From assembly GCA_965204345.1 (NCBI GenBank), contig OZ241981.1:992001-1056000 (forward strand): 64,000 bases of DNA, read 5' to 3'. The DNA comes from Nitrosopumilus sp. (GTDB taxonomy: Archaea; Thermoproteota; Nitrososphaeria; Nitrososphaerales; Nitrosopumilaceae). The translations under genes and the position numbers were made by a program. Below are positions 41,751 through 51,956 of this stretch, piece by piece. Numbering within the stretch: position 1 is the stretch's first letter; each line of letters begins with the position of its first letter. The notes under the pieces were generated by a model. That model was given only the letters and a program-made list of their open reading frames with translations. It ran no database searches and was not told where the DNA came from.

Positions 41751-43415
41751 ATGAATTTGCCTGAACCCATGAATAAGCAATTTTCAAGCTTGATGGATGA
41801 TGTGTCTTCGGGCAGATTAAAAATACCACAGTTTCAGCGGGATTTTGTTTGGGACATAAAAAAATCAGCAAGTTTGTTAGACAGTATCATAAAAGGATAT
41901 CCGGTTGGAACTTTTATTTTCTGGAAGACAAGAGAACGACTTCGATCTGTAAAAGACATAGGGAATTTGAATTTGCCTGAACCTGAGAAAGGGGATTATG
42001 TGAATTTTGTACTTGATGGCCAACAAAGAATAACAAGTCTATTTGCAGCACTAAAAGGTGAAACCATCAGACGAAGCAATGGAAAGGAGGAAGATTTTTC
42101 AAAAATCTTCATCGATCTAGAAGCCAAAGAAGATGAGAAGATCATAACAACAGAAATACACAATAAAAATGAGGGGCAAATAATCAAGTTAGAAACTCTT
42201 CTGTATGGAGGCCTGACAGTATTGTCAGATTATGATTCCAGATATCATCAAAGGTTAGACGAATACAAAAAGAGAATACAGTCATACAACTATTCAGTTA
42301 TTCAAGTAAATAATGTGCCTATTGATGTAGCTACAGAGATTTTTACGAGGATAAACGTAGGAGGTAGACCCCTTTCATTATTTGAGATAATGGTAGCCAA
42401 GACCTATGATTATGATAAGAATTTTGATTTATCAGAGAAATTCGATGCCATGATAGAAAAGCTAGATGATGTAAATTATGAAACGTTATCAGATGCAACC
42501 ATACTGCAGGTCATTTCTCTCATACTAACAAAGGAATGTAAGCGTAAAGTCATTTTATCACTAAAAAAAGAGGACATAATTGAAATCTGGGAGGAGGTCA
42601 TGGATGCTATAGAAAGAACAGTAGATTATTTTAGAAATTATTACCGAATTCCTGTTTCTAATTTGTTACCCTATAACGCTCTGATAGTGCCTTTTGCTTA
42701 TTTCTTCTACAACCATAAAGACAAACCAATAGGAAATATGCAGAAATATCTAGAAGACTTTTTCTGGAGAATTTCATTATCTGGCAGATATTCTTCTGCT
42801 GTAGAAAGCAAGCTTGCCCAAGACACAAAGCGAATTGATAAAATTCTAAATGCAGAATTGCCTGAATATGATTGGGCAATAGATAGATCTGCAGAATACA
42901 TCAAACATAATGGATGGTTCAGTGCCGGAAGAAGCTACATCAAAGCGATTCTTTGCATTTATACATATTATCAACCCAAGTCTTTTGTTGACAATTCTCT
43001 TGTTAACATAAACAATGATTGGCTCAAACAAGCAAATAGCAAAAATTATCATCATTTTTTCCCAAAAGCATATTTAAAGAAATTAAATGAAAGTGAAGAA
43101 AAGATCAACCACATTTTGAACATTACTATTGTGGACGACTTTCTAAATAAGAGAAAAATCAAGCAGAATCCTCCTTCAACATATATGGAGGATTTCAGAA
43201 AAAACAATCCTCAGCTTTCTGAAACTATGAAGACACATCTAATAGACGACTTGGATAATTTTGGAATATGGATAAATGATTATCAAAGGTTCATAGACAA
43301 ACGAGCAAGAAGAATATCCGAAGAAATTGAAAAAAGAATCATCAGGCAGGAGATCGATAAACAGCCTCAACCAGAATTGTTGGAAGATTATTCAGAAGTA
43401 ATAGAAATAGAATGA
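41751..43415 (+). CDS. GmrSD-like (DUF262 plus HNH-type) modification-dependent restriction protein
   Basis: IPQFQRDFVW, LDGQQRITS, IFTRIN, HHFFPK...NITIV...N. Confidence 0.85.
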   Translation: MNLPEPMNKQFSSLMDDVSSGRLKIPQFQRDFVWDIKKSASLLDSIIKGYPVGTFIFWKTRERLRSVKDIGNLNLPEPEKGDYVNFVLDGQQRITSLFAALKGETIRRSNGKEEDFSKIFIDLEAKEDEKIITTEIHNKNEGQIIKLETLLYGGLTVLSDYDSRYHQRLDEYKKRIQSYNYSVIQVNNVPIDVATEIFTRINVGGRPLSLFEIMVAKTYDYDKNFDLSEKFDAMIEKLDDVNYETLSDATILQVISLILTKECKRKVILSLKKEDIIEIWEEVMDAIERTVDYFRNYYRIPVSNLLPYNALIVPFAYFFYNHKDKPIGNMQKYLEDFFWRISLSGRYSSAVESKLAQDTKRIDKILNAELPEYDWAIDRSAEYIKHNGWFSAGRSYIKAILCIYTYYQPKSFVDNSLVNINNDWLKQANSKNYHHFFPKAYLKKLNESEEKINHILNITIVDDFLNKRKIKQNPPSTYMEDFRKNNPQLSETMKTHLIDDLDNFGIWINDYQRFIDKRARRISEEIEKRIIRQEIDKQPQPELLEDYSEVIEIE

Positions 43416-43842
43416 TCTAATCTCAGGCAAATACAATTCCAAGGTACGTACATTAGATCATTTCAAGTTAGTCATGATGATAATTAAATTATATTTTCAG
43501 AAATCCAGTTAACGATGTGGAGAAGACCTGAATCATATCAATAATGAATTACGTAGAAAAAATATTATGATAAAGATAATTTTTGATAGCATTTTATCTA
43601 TGAGCAAATATTCCAAGAGGAATTTCGTATTGTCCATTCTATGCTAACTGTCTCAATAGTTATTGCAGAACAAATAATTTACAATATGTTCTATCCTTGA
43701 ATTATTTTTATCAAAGATTTAGTTTTATTGCTGAATGGATAAATTTCTCATAAATAGATTTTTTGAGATATACTTGTAGGTCTAGTGTGATGAATATGAA
43801 AGATAAATTAGAATTGAAAAATCAATATTTTCAATTAATGTT

Positions 43843-43932
43843 TTATTTCTTTGGAGGATTATTTCCTCTGCCGCCACCAGATGGTTTGCCTGTTTGACTG
43901 GGTCCATTTGATGGTCCTTTGCTTTTGCCCAT
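43843..43932 (-). CDS. 29-aa Gly/Pro-rich micropeptide
   Basis: MGKSKGPSNGPSQTGKPSGGGRGNNPPKK*; TATA-like ttaaat ends 22 nt before the ATG. Confidence 0.6.
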   Translation of the reverse strand: MGKSKGPSNGPSQTGKPSGGGRGNNPPKK

Positions 43933-44306
43933 GTATTCTAATTGGTATGAAACGATTTAAGTGTTCAGTACAAATGGTCTAGAATCATGCCATAAAGCAT
44001 ACAAAAAAAGTCAATTATTATTTTTGCTCATGCAACCAACTCTCCAATTCATTTACGGTTTCAAAACGTACAGGTGTGAGGGTCACATACTTGACCTTCA
44101 AAATGGGTAACTAGCATCTAGATTTTGTTCCTAGGTTCAAATAGCAATCATGAGTAAAATTATTACGCCGCTGAATCTTGGGATGGTTTGCCAATTTTTA
44201 TTTCTAAAAAGCCAAGCCACCTAAAATTCAAGTGTAAAAAGAGATGTTGGGAGAGATAGGGCATATGCTTCTCCTCGCCCAAAGTAGAAGAGAACTAGCC
44301 TCAGTT

Positions 44307-44400
44307 TGTATATTTTATGTAATTAATCCCTCTTTAGAAGAAAGAACACATACATAAATTATGTATATTTTATGTAACTAATCTCTCTTTAGAGGAGAGA
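44307..44400 (+). promoter_or_regulatory. tandem ~39-bp direct repeats upstream of abiEi
   Basis: tgtatattttatgtaa.taatc.ctctttaga.g at 44307 and 44362. Confidence 0.65.
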
Positions 44401-44403
44401 AAG

Positions 44404-45228
44404 GTGACACAAAATATACGATTAGGATCACAAGAAAATAAGCTACTATTCAGCTTGGAAACGAAGAAAATAAGCGTCTTTACCTTCAGTGATGCCCGAA
44501 ATATTCTTCAAGGAACCGATTCTGCAACATGGAATGTAATTGGAAGGCTGAAAAAAAAGAAGAGATTACAAGAGATAGAAGGCGGAAAATATCTTCTAGT
44601 ACCAGCTAGAGCTGGTCTTGAAGGATATTGGTCTGAGGATCCTTGGCTAATCGTACCTCAGCTAATTGATGAATATTATGTAGCATTTTGGACTGCAATG
44701 AACTTTTGGGGCATGACAGAGCAGATACCATACACTGTTTTTGTTGCAACTCCAAAAAGAAAGAAAAAACGAATCTTAGAATTTGGAAATCAAAAATTCC
44801 AATTTGTAACTATATCAAAAAAGAAATTTTTTGGGCATGTTGAACAAAAAATAGGAAAAAATAATCATTTTTACATTTCCTCTAGAGAAAAAACAATTGT
44901 GGATGGATTAACTCATCCAGAATATTGTAGTGGAATAGTGGAGGTAACAAAAGCAATGTGGAATTCACGAAGAGAAGCTGATTGGAAAACCATTCTTGCA
45001 ATGGCAAAGAAAGTAGAGATTAACGTGGTTTTACGCAGATTGGGATACCTATTAACGGTTCTTAACATAGAGAAAAATATCTCCTCAAAAATTAAAAAAG
45101 AGATAGTTTGTTATCCTTATAATTTTCTTGATCCTACAACGGCCAAAATCAGAATTTCGTATTCAAAGGATTTTGGATTAATATTGAATAGAACTAGAGA
45201 CGAACTAACAAGCTGGATGGAGTATTAG
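44404..45228 (+). CDS. type IV TA AbiEi-family antitoxin
   Basis: wHTH N-terminus, GKYLLVP, YYVAFWTAMNFWGMTEQIP, FFG, SREKTIVD, RRLGYLL. Confidence 0.88.
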   Translation: MTQNIRLGSQENKLLFSLETKKISVFTFSDARNILQGTDSATWNVIGRLKKKKRLQEIEGGKYLLVPARAGLEGYWSEDPWLIVPQLIDEYYVAFWTAMNFWGMTEQIPYTVFVATPKRKKKRILEFGNQKFQFVTISKKKFFGHVEQKIGKNNHFYISSREKTIVDGLTHPEYCSGIVEVTKAMWNSRREADWKTILAMAKKVEINVVLRRLGYLLTVLNIEKNISSKIKKEIVCYPYNFLDPTTAKIRISYSKDFGLILNRTRDELTSWMEY

Positions 45229-45230
45229 AT

Positions 45231-45326
45231 ATGGATGTTGATGAAATGAAATTATTAGCTCTTTGCAAGTTTGCATGGATGTCTATTGGAAAAGATATCT
45301 GTTGGCTCAAGCTGATTAATTCATAG
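45231..45326 (+). pseudogene. truncated stub of a probable AbiEii toxin
   Basis: ATG 2 nt after the abiEi stop: MDVDEMKLLA..., with LLEK(D) in a shifted frame, then a stop. Confidence 0.45.
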
Positions 45327-45789
45327 TTTTTTGCAAATAATATCTATCATAATTTTTTCCACTAGAAAGTACTTCATGACACTCATTACACCAATCTTGT
45401 TCTCTTTTTTTGGATGATCCGCATAAACATTTTTTCCGGTCCTTATTTATCACATCATCCATATTCGTAATTTATCATACTAGTATCTAAATTATATTAG
45501 ATTCCGGTTTTGTTAACTTATTGGTATCTACCTGAAAAATTTTCTTCGTATTAACTGTCGGGACCTAGAAATAAAAAACTGGTTTTTACACCAGAACTAA
45601 AATAATCTGTCTATTACTTTGCTGATTACTAGTAAGATTATTCTAGCTATTACTGCATATGTTATTGCATTCATTCTTTAAACCTCCTTTTTTACAACAT
45701 TTGCCATTTAGACAATTTTTTAACAGTCAAACTACAAAAAGTAGTTTGAATCACACATAATTTATTGCTCTATCATTTTTTCATAATTA

Positions 45790-45970
45790 ACTACCACTTA
45801 GACGCATTTTCTATTAAAGTTATCCATTTGTTATTTCCAGTAATTTTAATTCCAGCTCGATCAGCTGGGGTATCGCCATCTAAACTCATGTGTTCTTTAA
45901 TGTAATTATGGTAAATTGAATACCTGTAATTGCTGGGGAATCATCTTTTTTTAAAAAATCTCTAACAATA
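45790..45970 (-). pseudogene. IS6-like transposase C-terminal remnant
   Basis: YHNYIKEHMSLDGDTPADRAGIKITGNNKWITLIENASKW*. Confidence 0.8.
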
Positions 45971-46128
45971 CATTCAACTTCAATTTCACGTAATAAAACC
46001 ATGATGTGCACAGAGAATTAACGTGGTATTGGATAAAGATTTCAATGATGCCTAAATGCAGTTACAATTATCCTAAACCATTCAAGAGAAAAACCATCGA
46101 GTCATGTAAAGACGGATTGCCAGTCTTT

Positions 46129-46818
46129 CTAATGAGCGGCCTCATATTGCAACAAGTCCTCCTGAACTTTTAGTATGGTGTCACCTGCAAACCGGACTCT
46201 GGTTTTTACCATGTCCCTGTGGGTCAGCATGATTGCTGCAGCATCCAGAAAACTTCTGCCGCCGTTTGCCACACAGTCAAGGAAGACCCTCTCAACGGGA
46301 TTTTCAAAAGAGCCAATCTTTGGAAGAAGTACAATGTTTCCTCTTTTTCCCTCCCTAAACCCGTGGCTTTTCAAAAGCTGAGATACATTTTCTGCATTAT
46401 CAACATACACATACAAGCTAAGAGGAATCTGAAACTTTGTTAGCTCATGAGCTTTGTGATCAAGTGTTATGATTGAGTCTTTTGGGAGATGTTTTTTCAT
46501 AAAGTTAACATCAGTTGGTTTGTAATGCCGTCCAAACCTTCTGGCTTTTTTGAGTGCAATTAGTGAAGGAATGATATTTTGCAAGACAGTATAGGGTTGG
46601 GAAATCACTTCTCTTTTTATTGTAAATTTTCCACGATTGTAATCTGCCAGCCCCAACTCTTCTAGGCAAACCAGCCTTCTTTTGATGGTCTTGGCCGATA
46701 CGCTGAGGGTATCTCCCAGGTTCTTTAGATCATAGATTGGACTGGGGGGCAGCTCCTGTGCAAATCTGATTGCATCCTTTGCCTTTTCAAGTATGGGTGT
46801 GTATTGCTGCATATTCAT
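46129..46818 (-). CDS. wHTH-containing hypothetical protein, possibly AbiEi-like
   Basis: VSAKTIKRRLVCLEELGL HTH; C-terminal ERVFLDC; higher GC than its flanks. Confidence 0.6.
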   Translation of the reverse strand: MNMQQYTPILEKAKDAIRFAQELPPSPIYDLKNLGDTLSVSAKTIKRRLVCLEELGLADYNRGKFTIKREVISQPYTVLQNIIPSLIALKKARRFGRHYKPTDVNFMKKHLPKDSIITLDHKAHELTKFQIPLSLYVYVDNAENVSQLLKSHGFREGKRGNIVLLPKIGSFENPVERVFLDCVANGGRSFLDAAAIMLTHRDMVKTRVRFAGDTILKVQEDLLQYEAAH

Positions 46819-47275
46819 ACAGTAATAATAACATGTGCAATATATTTATACTTTGGACAAATCTGTCTCTTTGTATATATACTCACACATAAAAAATATC
46901 TCTTATGAATATGATGTAAAATACACAACAAGCATGATGAATAGTCTGAAACACCTCTTCATTACAAATATTTCTTGAATCTTTCTAGTTGGAATTGCAT
47001 TTACTGAACGTCTCTTTTCTCTAGACTGAGATTGAATTATCCATTTCTTTTGGATTGAGAATACTAGTTGATCTAGTGCTATGAGGAATTGCAATGATTA
47101 TGAAATGAATAAAAAATCAAAACAAGTCAAAAAACTTCCTAAAGTAACTAACAATGCAAGAACTGCTAGAAAAAGGGGTTAGGATGAGGAGAAGATTTTT
47201 CATTCAATCTTGTCCTCAAAAGAATTGCTGGTGGATGATTCAAACAAAGACAAATGAAAACTAGATTGTTGAGAA

Positions 47276-47707
47276 TTATTGTACAGAGATTTCTTTGATC
47301 ATATTTTTGGTTAATCTAAGTTCCTCACTGAGAAGTTTTTTTCTAGCATTTAGTGCTTTTGCGTTTGGTTGTGCTTTGATTGATAATGTGATGTCTTTTT
47401 GTGTAGTTTGTCTGCCTGCAATCTGTTCACTTTGATAACTTACAGACTTTTGCATTACTTTGATCAATGGATTTTTCAGGTCAATTTTGTAAGTGAGAGA
47501 TTTTCCAACTTTGCCTGATTGTACAATCATGCCATTATCCAACAATTTTGATATTTCCCTAAATGCAGTCGTACGACTCATACCTACTGCTTGTACTATC
47601 TCTCCGACTGTAAACTCGTTTTTTGGAAAAACCATAAAGTACTCTAGTACCCTCATGCGTGGAGAGTTCCCATAAAGTGCAACAAGTCCTGATTCTGCTT
47701 CTTTCAC
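47276..47707 (-). CDS. winged-helix DNA-binding protein
   Basis: YGNSPRMRVLEYF...GMSRTTAFREISKLLDNG...GKSLTYKID. Confidence 0.82.
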   Translation of the reverse strand: MKEAESGLVALYGNSPRMRVLEYFMVFPKNEFTVGEIVQAVGMSRTTAFREISKLLDNGMIVQSGKVGKSLTYKIDLKNPLIKVMQKSVSYQSEQIAGRQTTQKDITLSIKAQPNAKALNARKKLLSEELRLTKNMIKEISVQ

Positions 47708-48109
47708 AACTAATAATTATGAATAATCGACTTAAAGACTATGTCAAAACAGTATCATTTGAGTACTATGGGTGAAAAGCACCTTGGGGAATCTGCAATA
47801 TTGGTAATCAGTCAACATTAGGCACCTTTCATTCCCGATGAAATCGTGAGAGGGGGAGTTTGGTAAATTTTAATGATCTGATCACTGGAATTTAACAGCA
47901 AGATTGCAAGGGATGATTTTCTTAAAAATTACCTAGTTCTAATCATCAAAAAATCTCATAGTGCAATTCAAAAATTACTAAATCTGTGAATTTATGGCAT
48001 AGATCATCAAAATTTACCGTAACCTGCAAGAACAAGTGGAAAGCCATAATCCAAAACGTCTTACTGCACAAGACTACAGAATGAAGTCTCAAAGATGTTA
48101 CATAACCCG

Positions 48110-48235
48110 ATGTCTTTAGATCTTGAAGTTATAAAATGGATTGAGGATCAAGTAAAAAATCGCAAGTTTAGAAATAGATCATATGGTTTTGAATATTGTA
48201 CAAGAATTGTAAGAGAACAAAAATTAATTTTCTAA
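48110..48235 (+). pseudogene. RHH/CopG-like fragment
   Basis: MSLDLEVIKWIEDQVKNRKFRNRSYGFEYC; upstream part appears frameshifted. Confidence 0.45.
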
Positions 48236-48433
48236 TTTATCTACTCTTTTGCTTAATTCTTCATGGTTATTACCATTAGCTTGAACCAACTCAAGAATTT
48301 GTGGTAATAACTGGGTATCTTCCTTTATGCTTTTTACATCAACTGTCAAATCATTAATTTTGGTACAGTTTTGACTAACCTGATCCTTTAGCCCTTTTAT
48401 TTCACCTATCAACATATCTAGTTTGTCTGTCAT
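48224..48433 (-). CDS. small coiled-coil protein
   Basis: 69-aa ORF with a heptad pattern. Confidence 0.55.
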   Translation of the reverse strand: MTDKLDMLIGEIKGLKDQVSQNCTKINDLTVDVKSIKEDTQLLPQILELVQANGNNHEELSKRVDKLEN

Positions 48434-48636
48434 AGTGTATACAATTCTGTAACACCTTATTTAAAAATTCTGTAATAGCCAGACCTTTCCTCAATAGCCT
48501 TTATTCGTGCCTTTTTCCAAATCTTTATCCATTCTGATTGATGATATGAAATCTTGTTATAATTATACCAAAAAACACGCTGGACTAAATGTAAAGGATA
48601 GTTGTTGGTTAAAATTACCTTGCTGATTAATTTGTG

Positions 48637-48852
48637 TCAGATTCTCCGTACAACTTGAATTGTTTGTATCTGTTTTCTATTTCTCGTGTTGCGTGGCCTT
48701 GTTCTTAACACATAACTACAACATGGACAGTGCTTGCCATCTCACCATACAAAAATATCACATACTGAGCATATCTTTTGACCTTGGATGTATCGATTAA
48801 TTCCGTTAACTCTTTTTGCCTTGTGTTGGGTACAGATTCCTTTGCATGTCAT
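48637..48852 (-). pseudogene. small Cys-rich thaumarchaeal protein with an in-frame TGA
   Basis: MTCKGICTQHKA...RYIQGQKICSVCDIFVW*DGKHCPCCSYVLRTRPRN; TGA at 48742-48744. Confidence 0.7.
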
Positions 48853-49168
48853 AATGGAATTATTCAAAAAAATGAAATTCTTGATTCTGTATATTTTTCG
48901 TATTATAGAGCTCTGAAAAGAAAAAGAAGAGAACTTGTAAGATTAGGATTATTTGAAGAAGAGAAAAAACGTCTCAATAGACTAGGAAAGCAGAAAAAAC
49001 TTCCTAGACGAGAAAAATACAAAAAAGAACTGATCAATATAATTAAAAAAAAGATCTCAGTAGATTGTTCAGTAAGTTAGCCTATTTTTTACTCTTTAAT
49101 TCAAAAGGCATTCAATTAATTGCAACTACTTCAAAAAAGTTTATGTTATTGAACTGCCTCTCATAATT

Positions 49169-49582
49169 GTGTCAAAAGCAATTCTATCAGTATCCCTCAA
49201 GTGTTATGAGCCTAAAACTTGTGCTAACAGTGATCTAGAACGGAAAAAAGAACTCCGTGACTTAATTTTGTTAAAAATAGACAATGTTTCTGAAATCCAG
49301 AAAAGATGCAGGGGAAAACTACTTTCATTTGATGTTTGTTTCAATCTCTATTCAAATACTGATGTTGAGGGCAGAAAAACCAAAGATCTTGATAATATGT
49401 TGAAAATATTCTGCGATGTCTTTCCAGATTTTATAGATCGTGCCAAAACAGTGAAGGGTTTAGGATTGATTGAGGATGATAGGGATGATTTGATTTTTGA
49501 AATTAATTGTAAGAAGAGGCTTGTAAAATTTGAATCAGACGAAGGAATTGATTTTAGTATTTACGAATATCCAAAACTATAA
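49169..49582 (+). CDS. RusA-like nuclease/resolvase (putative)
   Basis: KDLDNMLKIFCDV...GLIEDD..LIFEI. Confidence 0.55.
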   Translation: MSKAILSVSLKCYEPKTCANSDLERKKELRDLILLKIDNVSEIQKRCRGKLLSFDVCFNLYSNTDVEGRKTKDLDNMLKIFCDVFPDFIDRAKTVKGLGLIEDDRDDLIFEINCKKRLVKFESDEGIDFSIYEYPKL

Positions 49583-49949
49583 TGCTTTCTGGTTTGTCTT
49601 GATTATCACATTATTAGCAATTTGTTTATCATAATTTTCAACTATGATTGCTGACTATATCAAAAACATACAAACTCGATAATCTCATACTGAAAAATAA
49701 AAAATAGAAGAGGAAGTATCTATTAGACAAAAAACAATCTTGGAATACAGAGGACAAATTTTTGAAAAATATCGTATCAGGGATTGTTGAAAGTCTTGAT
49801 AATGATACAGAATGGATAAAAGCAACTTCCTCCTCTGTCAAAATACAAACATCCAAAACAAATGCGCAACAAATGCGATGGCCAGTTATATTGTATGGAT
49901 TGTAATGAAGATCTTTAACTAATATAGAAATGAGTGTTGGTAGTGAAAA

Positions 49950-50686
49950 TCAAATAATTAAACCCCAATTATTTTTGAAATATGTTGCATCGTTTTTGAG
50001 ATTTCCAAGATATATGTTGCCATCTCTCAGTGTAAAGTTGACTCTGTATCTTTTGCCATGATCAATAACTCGAATATTTTTTTGATCGATGTTTTTCTGT
50101 ACTTCCACGTAAGGCAGAATCAAAAAATTTTCTTCCTTGCCCCTAAGGACAAAGATGTAAAATGTGTTCGAAGAGTTGTGTTTTTGATAGGAGCTTATAT
50201 TGATATCAGCTACATACTTTTCATATTTTTCGTTTGCAGTTTTAACTTGAATGTTGTATAGTCTGTCTTTCCTTGTGGCAACGATGTCTATTCCTTCGTC
50301 AACACTCATGACATTTGCATTGAATTCTTGGAAGAGTAGTTTGCTCACCACAAGATGTTCACCTGCTTTTCCAATGAATCGAGAATGTTTGGTTTCAATT
50401 TCTTTTTCTTCAATTTCTCTGATTTCTTGTTTCTCTTTTTGCTTTTGCTCTTCTTTAGAATATTTTGGATTTAATTGAAATATGCCTGGTTTTATTCGGA
50501 TAAAAGCAGATTTGTCTTTTTCGTGCTTAATACTGATGTAATCCGTGAGTTCATAGTGGCATCAGGTGTTGCACCGGACGTCACAATAAGATCTTGCTCT
50601 ATTGCACGTTTTGTGATTTCGTCATAGTGTAGCGGTTCTTTTGATTTTCTTAAGACTTTGATTGCAGCAATCTTAAAAGAACACAT
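49950..50686 (-). pseudogene. HARE-HTH fused to a PD-(D/E)XK nuclease, frameshifted near 50532
   Basis: SFKIAAIKVL...PLHYDEIT...GATPDATM in one frame; IKHEKDKSAFIRIKPGIF...GKAGEHLV...DEGIDIVA...IQVKT in the next. Confidence 0.8.
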
Positions 50687-50780
50687 ATTGGTTATCCATA
50701 GTCCAGTATTATAATAATAATATTAGCAAGTAATCTATCAAGATTCTTTTAATATAATGCACCATTCTTGAGCTTACAGA

Positions 50781-51629
50781 ATGCAAAATACGATTGCTAT
50801 AATATGTGACTGTGATGAGACACTTGCGCCAGATACAACAAATTTCTTACTAGAACAAAATGATATCAAAGTAAAACAATTTTGGAAAAATATTACTAAA
50901 ATGGTCTCTCAAGGCTGGGATCCTCCTATTGCATGGATGACTGAAATATACAAAATGATGCAATCCGGAGAAATACAGCAAGACACTAACAAAAAACTTG
51001 CACAGCTAGGAAAGAAAATAGTCCCATACGATGGCGTACCAGATTTCATTCCACAACTAAACTCACTTCTAAATAGAGACAAAGATTTTGTGGAGGCAGG
51101 TGTCAGCATAGAGTTTTACATAATCTCTTCAGGCTTTGAAGATTTGATTAAAGGAAGCGTCTTATCAGAACATTTCACAGATATTTTTGCAGGAAGGTTC
51201 AATGAGGATCTTAAAACTAAAAAGATCAACGGAATAAAATCGGCAGTTACATTCACAGAGAAAACAAAATTCCTTTATGCAATCAACAAGGGAATTACAG
51301 GAAAAGAACTCAGACGGTGTCCATTCAGTGTCAATGATTCAATAAAAAATGAAGATAGGCGTATTCCTTTTGAGTACATGGTTTACTTGGGAGACAGTCC
51401 AGGAGACATTCCCTGCTTTTCTACTGTAAAAGGATACGGTGGAAATTGTATTGGAATAGTAGGAAAAGATTCAGTCAGCAAAGGATATCAGCTTGCTCGT
51501 GGAAAAAGAACCACAGTAGGTCCGTATTCTGGAAACTATAGAAAAGGAAGTGATCTACGAAATGTGCTAGATGCTATTGTGAAAAAAATAGGCTACGACA
51601 TGGTAGATAAAAAGAAGAGACACCTATAA
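50781..51629 (+). CDS. HAD-superfamily hydrolase
   Basis: DCDETL, IISSG, EKTK, YLGDSPGDIP. Confidence 0.85.
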   Translation: MQNTIAIICDCDETLAPDTTNFLLEQNDIKVKQFWKNITKMVSQGWDPPIAWMTEIYKMMQSGEIQQDTNKKLAQLGKKIVPYDGVPDFIPQLNSLLNRDKDFVEAGVSIEFYIISSGFEDLIKGSVLSEHFTDIFAGRFNEDLKTKKINGIKSAVTFTEKTKFLYAINKGITGKELRRCPFSVNDSIKNEDRRIPFEYMVYLGDSPGDIPCFSTVKGYGGNCIGIVGKDSVSKGYQLARGKRTTVGPYSGNYRKGSDLRNVLDAIVKKIGYDMVDKKKRHL

Positions 51630-51956
51630 CAAATAGGTTAAAATGTAATTTTTTACATTTTAGAAAACTCTCAAAGTGCAACAGATGCTATTCCCTCTGT
51701 TTCTATTTTCACCATGTTCTCAGAATTTTCTTTTACTGTTAGCACATATGGCAGGGCCTCCTTTACATCCCCCACATGGGTATTGATTAGAATTTGTTTG
51801 AAATGTCTCATTTATTATTTTTTAAAAAATAAAATGTTTCTAACCATTACAATCCTATGTATCTGTGACTTGTAAGAGATGTACACTGGTAATCAAACTT
51901 GTGTGATTCAGATTATTTTTTTGTAAAAAAATAGAATAATTTTTGATTATCTAGGT

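Noticed and set aside
5749-48744. In-frame stops (TAG 5749, TGA 9620, TGA 48742) as possible stop-codon recoding
   Set aside because: Core genes end normally in TGA and TAG (e.g. petB, hisC, hisD, the cupredoxin), and these stops lie in decaying island genes. Ordinary nonsense mutation is simpler.
48778-49080. Plus-strand 100-aa ORF
   Set aside because: Its 5' part is antisense to the Cys-rich pseudogene and the rest is Lys-rich with no motif, so it could not be supported.
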